This document shows positions 59,401-64,000 of a DNA stretch of 64,000 bases, one piece after another. This DNA comes from Monocercomonoides exilis PA203. Its lineage: Eukaryota; Protista; Preaxostyla. Each line of letters begins with the position of its first letter. The first letter of the stretch is position 1. Both the position numbers and the translations under genes were made by a program. The notes below the pieces were generated by a model. That model ran no database searches and was not told the DNA's origin. It was given only the letters and a program-made list of their open reading frames with translations. The stretch spans positions 1-64,000 of the forward strand of contig LSRY02000051.1 of NCBI GenBank assembly GCA_001643675.2. Direction: 5' to 3'.

Positions 59401-62400
59401 AATGCTCAAAGAAGCGGAAGGCTGTGAATTGAAGAAGAGGAGCTAAGTGACTTTTCATTTGAAGAATCGAAAAATGAATTTGAAAACATTTTTATCAAAT
59501 GAAACATTAATAATAACACATTTATTTTTTTTGATAATCAAAGGAAAAAAATTTGAATATATGAAAATTTTCAATATTAAAAGAATGAAAGAAGGACGAA
59601 TCAAACTTCATCAGCTTCACAAAAAAACCGAAGCAGCATATAATCAATAAAAAACTTGTTATCTGGATTTTCGTTGATTATTGTGAGTATTTGCAGCCTG
59701 CATTCAAAAGCCGCCTTTTCAGTTGGAGGCTAATCGCCCTTCATTCCTTCGCTCTCTGGCTTCTGTTCTCTTTTTCGGATTCTTTTATCTCAATTCCTTC
59801 TCTTCTTTCATTTCCTCTTCCCTCCGAGCAAACAAAACATGAATCAATGGCTTAGAAATCTTCTTTGCATGCAAAAGTTAATCACTTTTAATATATTCCA
59901 CTGCAAAGAAATATAATTTATTATTTAGGAATTATTTCTGAATCAGATTGACTATTTTGCATAATTCATAGCAGTTCATCCATTAATCGTTCTGTGTGTT
60001 TTGATTATTCAAAGAGTTCATTCCTCATCATCTGTTATCAATGTTAACATTATCAAAATACAGCAAAAGACGATTTTTGCAAAATGAGATGAAGAAAAAC
60101 CTGCTTTACAACTCCATTTGAGCAGAAGTTCATGTTCACCAAAGAGTCATTCAAGTACAACGAAGGCTATCAATTCATCGAGTAGGATAAGTATCTTCTG
60201 CAGAATCTTTCAATTTGCAGTTATGTTTGGCTAAAAATCCTCTCGAAAATGATGAAAAAGAAGCATTTGAGCGTGTGAGCATGGAAATAGCAATGGAAAG
60301 CTGTTACTCGATTGAACTTCGAAGTTCTGGCAGAGCACAATTCAAAGTTAAGAGATTTGAGTAGGAAGACTATTCATCAGAAGAGAAGTATTCGGCTTCA
60401 ATGGAAATAATGGAGGATAAAAATGATGTTGATAACAATGGAGAAGATGCAACTTGGGGAAAAGCAGGAGAGAACTGAGAGGGAAAATAAATGAGTTTCA
60501 TTTTGATTGAAACGTGTAACGGCGATCTCAAAGGTTTCTAATTGGAACTGAGGATTTTTCATTCAAATGCCTCAGAGAAAGGCTGCAGTAGGAATGGCTC
60601 ATTCTTCCTTCAACAGGATTGCGAAAAGCAAATGACATTGTTAAAAACCTTCAAGATGCTGACCCTGAGCAATGCGCGATTTGTGTTAGAGATCAAACAA
60701 TGCGAAGAAATGACAGATATGGACTTCTTTTGTTGTTGAAATAGATTGGAGATGCAAATGCACAGATACGTTTTATTATGCAACTGAATGAAGGTGAAAT
60801 GAACATTTATTATCTCATTGGCTCAACCGACACAAAGTGACTTTATAAATAAGCTTCGTATTTCCCTCTGCTTTCATGCCCGATCATGAATGTAATTGTT
60901 CTGGATAACTTAAAGAAGATAAAATACTGGCATTTTCAACTTCTGATGCTAAGATATCACTTTGTAAATTCTTTGATAAAATTGAGATCAGTTTCTTCTC
61001 GATAAGTGTAACAAACGAGAATGAAGGAAGAAGACTTGTTAAATAAAGAGGCGCGAAATGGAACATGAATGTGTTTATAATTCCTCGTCATTAAATAATG
61101 CAACAGCGCAGGGGGAAAGATGTGTATCGGTTCATTTGTAGTTTCCGAAATATCAGAAGGAAGAGGATGAAGAAAAGATTAAAAAAAACGCACAGAATAT
61201 TAGAAATGATAAAAAAATACTTCCTGGCTGGTGGCAATTTCATTGTTATGGAAAGATATCGAGCAGACTGTTGAACAAAAGAAGATAATGATTGCTACTT
61301 CGCTTTTGAACCTTTCTGATTAGTAGTGAGAAATTGGATATGTACAATAATTTTATCGGTGGTTAATGTTGTCGACTGAATCAAGAGAAAGTTCGCAAGT
61401 TTTGCATTCTGTGTTCAGAAGAAAAAGCGTGAGAAAAGGCTAGTGAGGAGAATTCTGTTTAACTGGAAAGAAGTTCGTTTTTTTATGAAAAACTGGCTGG
61501 GATAATCTGAAAAAACCAGAAGAGGAAGTGACTGAAAAAAAAAGAAAAGTGTGAACGCGTTCATTGAAGTCAAAAGCAAGCCCGTAGCTAATTGTGATAT
61601 GGTAACTTAATATCTGTACAGCTTCAGAAAAGCTATTTTCACTTTAATGATTTCAAAATCGTTAGAAATAAAACAAAGATGTTTTCCTTCTGGCAACTAT
61701 TTTTTGCCTAATTTTTTGTTATCAACAGATATTTTGTGTAATTATCCCTTTTCTTCATACTGCTCATCTTCTTCAAAAGCTTCTTCTTCTTCAATATCTG
61801 ATATTGTATTCAATGCTTATTCGTTATCTTCTTTCTCTTCTCCTTGTAACTCTTTCTCATTTTCTTCGACTTTCTCCTTTAACTTCTGCTTCTGCTTCTG
61901 CTTCTGCTTCTTTTCTCTGAAATCTCTCTTTTCTTTTTCTTCTCCTTGATTTTGAATTCAATCTCTGTTGTTGCAAAAAATGAAGATATCAAATGAGATG
62001 ATGTTTTTAATGATGGTGATGATGATGACGAATGAAAAGTTGCGTGATATGATGTTGTTGAATTAGAAGAAGAAAAAGAGGAGGAGGAAGAAAAAGAAGG
62101 AGGAAGAGGAGGAGGAGTGATGGAGAATAGCAAATTGGATCCAATACTTAAAATAAAGAAGTTGAAAATAACTTGAATGATGTCGATTGATAAAAACATA
62201 TCATTCGATGAGTTGATTTCAGATGAAATAGACAATCTTCATCACAAAATATGTGAAAGTCAGTGAGATACAAACTGATGAAGATGGAAGTCCACAAATC
62301 ATTGACTGATTATATGTGGTTAACCTACTTTTCCTTCAGAAAAAGGATAATTGAGTTTGTCCGTTGGTGTTCGTTGTTCAAACGAACGAAACGTCTGATG

Positions 62401-64000
62401 AGGGTATGGGCAAAAAAGAATTCGAAATCGAAGAAGGCGTTGACGATTGAAGAAATTAACTTCAATTGCAAAATTTTCAAATGCAAAAAGAAGAAAATGA
62501 AGAATTTCATGATTATGTGATTGACGTATCGATTCTAACGATTAACATTTTTTGTTGAAGTGAGACTGTTGAGAAAGATAAGGAAGGTGAAGATGAGTAT
62601 GAAGAAAAATAGAAGATAACAGCTTTTCCAAGTCATGTTGGGCGATAGAAAAAACTGAATGTGTTCTGAATGAGAATGCCCAGCCAGCCCATCAGCTCCG
62701 ACAAAAGAGTCGCAACTGCAAAACATATAGAACAAAAATGCCAAATAAACTGCTTCTTCTTTTTTGAGATCATGTCAAGCATTGTCAGGCTATGCATCAT
62801 ACAAAATAGATGGCAGAAGTCACATCTGTCATCGTTGAGTGCAATCCAAACAATAGATAACCTCAAAACTCCTGGCTCTTTTGTTAAAAAAACGATAAAA
62901 AGGCTTCTTTCTATGGCATTTCTGTTCGTGGCCAATCTTCATTCATTCAAAGAATACCTTTAAAGAAAAATGAATGAAATAAAAAAATCAAACCATCTTT
63001 TTGGCACTGAAATATTTTCCCATCTCCAATGGATTGATAATTATCAACCCAATTAGCTTTCTTGTTCTCCAAAATTGCCTCTTTCTGCATAAAATAACAG
63101 ACAACTGTACAATAAATGGCTTGCAAAGAACGTCATCGAAAGCAGAGAATCCATTGTGAAACCAATCATGAAGTCATGTCAAAGATTATATTCTCCAAAT
63201 GATAAAGTAATGAACTCCTTTTCAAAGACTTATTCAACGTCATATCCTTGCCGACGGAATTCCATCACGTTTCGTGTAAAATGCAAATGCGATTGATATT
63301 GAGGCCTATTGAGTGTCTCGCTCTGCTAGCTTCCTCCATTGTTCAATCCCCCCAATTTCCTTTCCTTTTCCACAAAATAAATCCTGCGCAATAGTTATGC
63401 CAAGTGCACTGCGGTTCCCTCAAAATGAACAAGCGGTGCAATTCAATCATTCTGATATTCTCCTCGCTTTTTTTTCTGCATCTTGCTTAAATTATTTTTC
63501 ATTCAAAATTATGCATCTGGTGTTGCATCATATATTTTGCAATATATAACCAAGTTCAAATTTCATGCAGATATTCTCCACCAACTTCCTTTTTGTAAGT
63601 TATATTGGAAAACAGCCACTCGCTCATCCATCTGTAGACAAAATCCGTGCCCTTCTGCAGTGTTATAACTCGCATAGTTGCATCCGTGGAAGTAAACCTA
63701 AGCAGCTCAAACATGCTCTGGCTGCAGCAAATAATTTATCAAAAATCTTCACTAATAAAATTATAGGTTGCAGACCCTTATTTATTTCAACGAAAAAGAA
63801 GAATATTTTGTTTCATAGATTTTCTTTTTTGAGGCAAAAACCATTGATGACAAAAGAGGTTTCGAATCCTGTTTTATTAGATATTTGACGGTGTTTTAAT
63901 TCATTTGATTCAATTGCACAACAATCATGAAAATGAATTTTTTTGTTGTTTTAAATTCAACTTGCTGTTTCGCAGTCTCCTTCAAAAAGACAAATATTTC

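Noticed and set aside
59450-64000. Short ORFs in the right-hand part of the window
   Set aside because: Fragmentary, low-complexity or stop-riddled; no product can be supported.

Overview
Left end of a eukaryotic (protist) chromosome. Composition and the large GGA(I/L)-repeat surface-protein gene suggest an oxymonad such as Monocercomonoides; this is inference. Layout: (CCCTAA)n telomere 1-3459, joined directly into the middle of a tyrosine-recombinase (YR)-Myb gene (3459-4669, 5'-truncated, one frameshift). A 50-bp interstitial telomere tract (6006-6055) follows, then a ~28.8-kb near-homogeneous tandem array of a ~358-bp hairpin-rich unit (80 full copies plus a partial, 6054-34819). Each unit has a 10-bp perfect inverted repeat whose 3-nt loop occurs in both orientations (TGT/ACA). 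The array ends in a 112-nt fold-back (34796-34907) capped on the bottom strand by a GCGAAGC mini-hairpin. Further in lie a second, catalytically complete and divergent YR-Myb gene (37624-40125, probably extending to ~41163), a 20-bp telomeric seed (41976-41995), decayed gene fragments (one TRAPPC11-like), an intact ~2000-aa beta-helix-type surface protein (49587-55565) and more decayed DNA. Best candidate for a novel system: a telomere-associated YR-Myb mobile element family acting on structured, invertible DNA sites. The many short ORFs inside the array are not genes.
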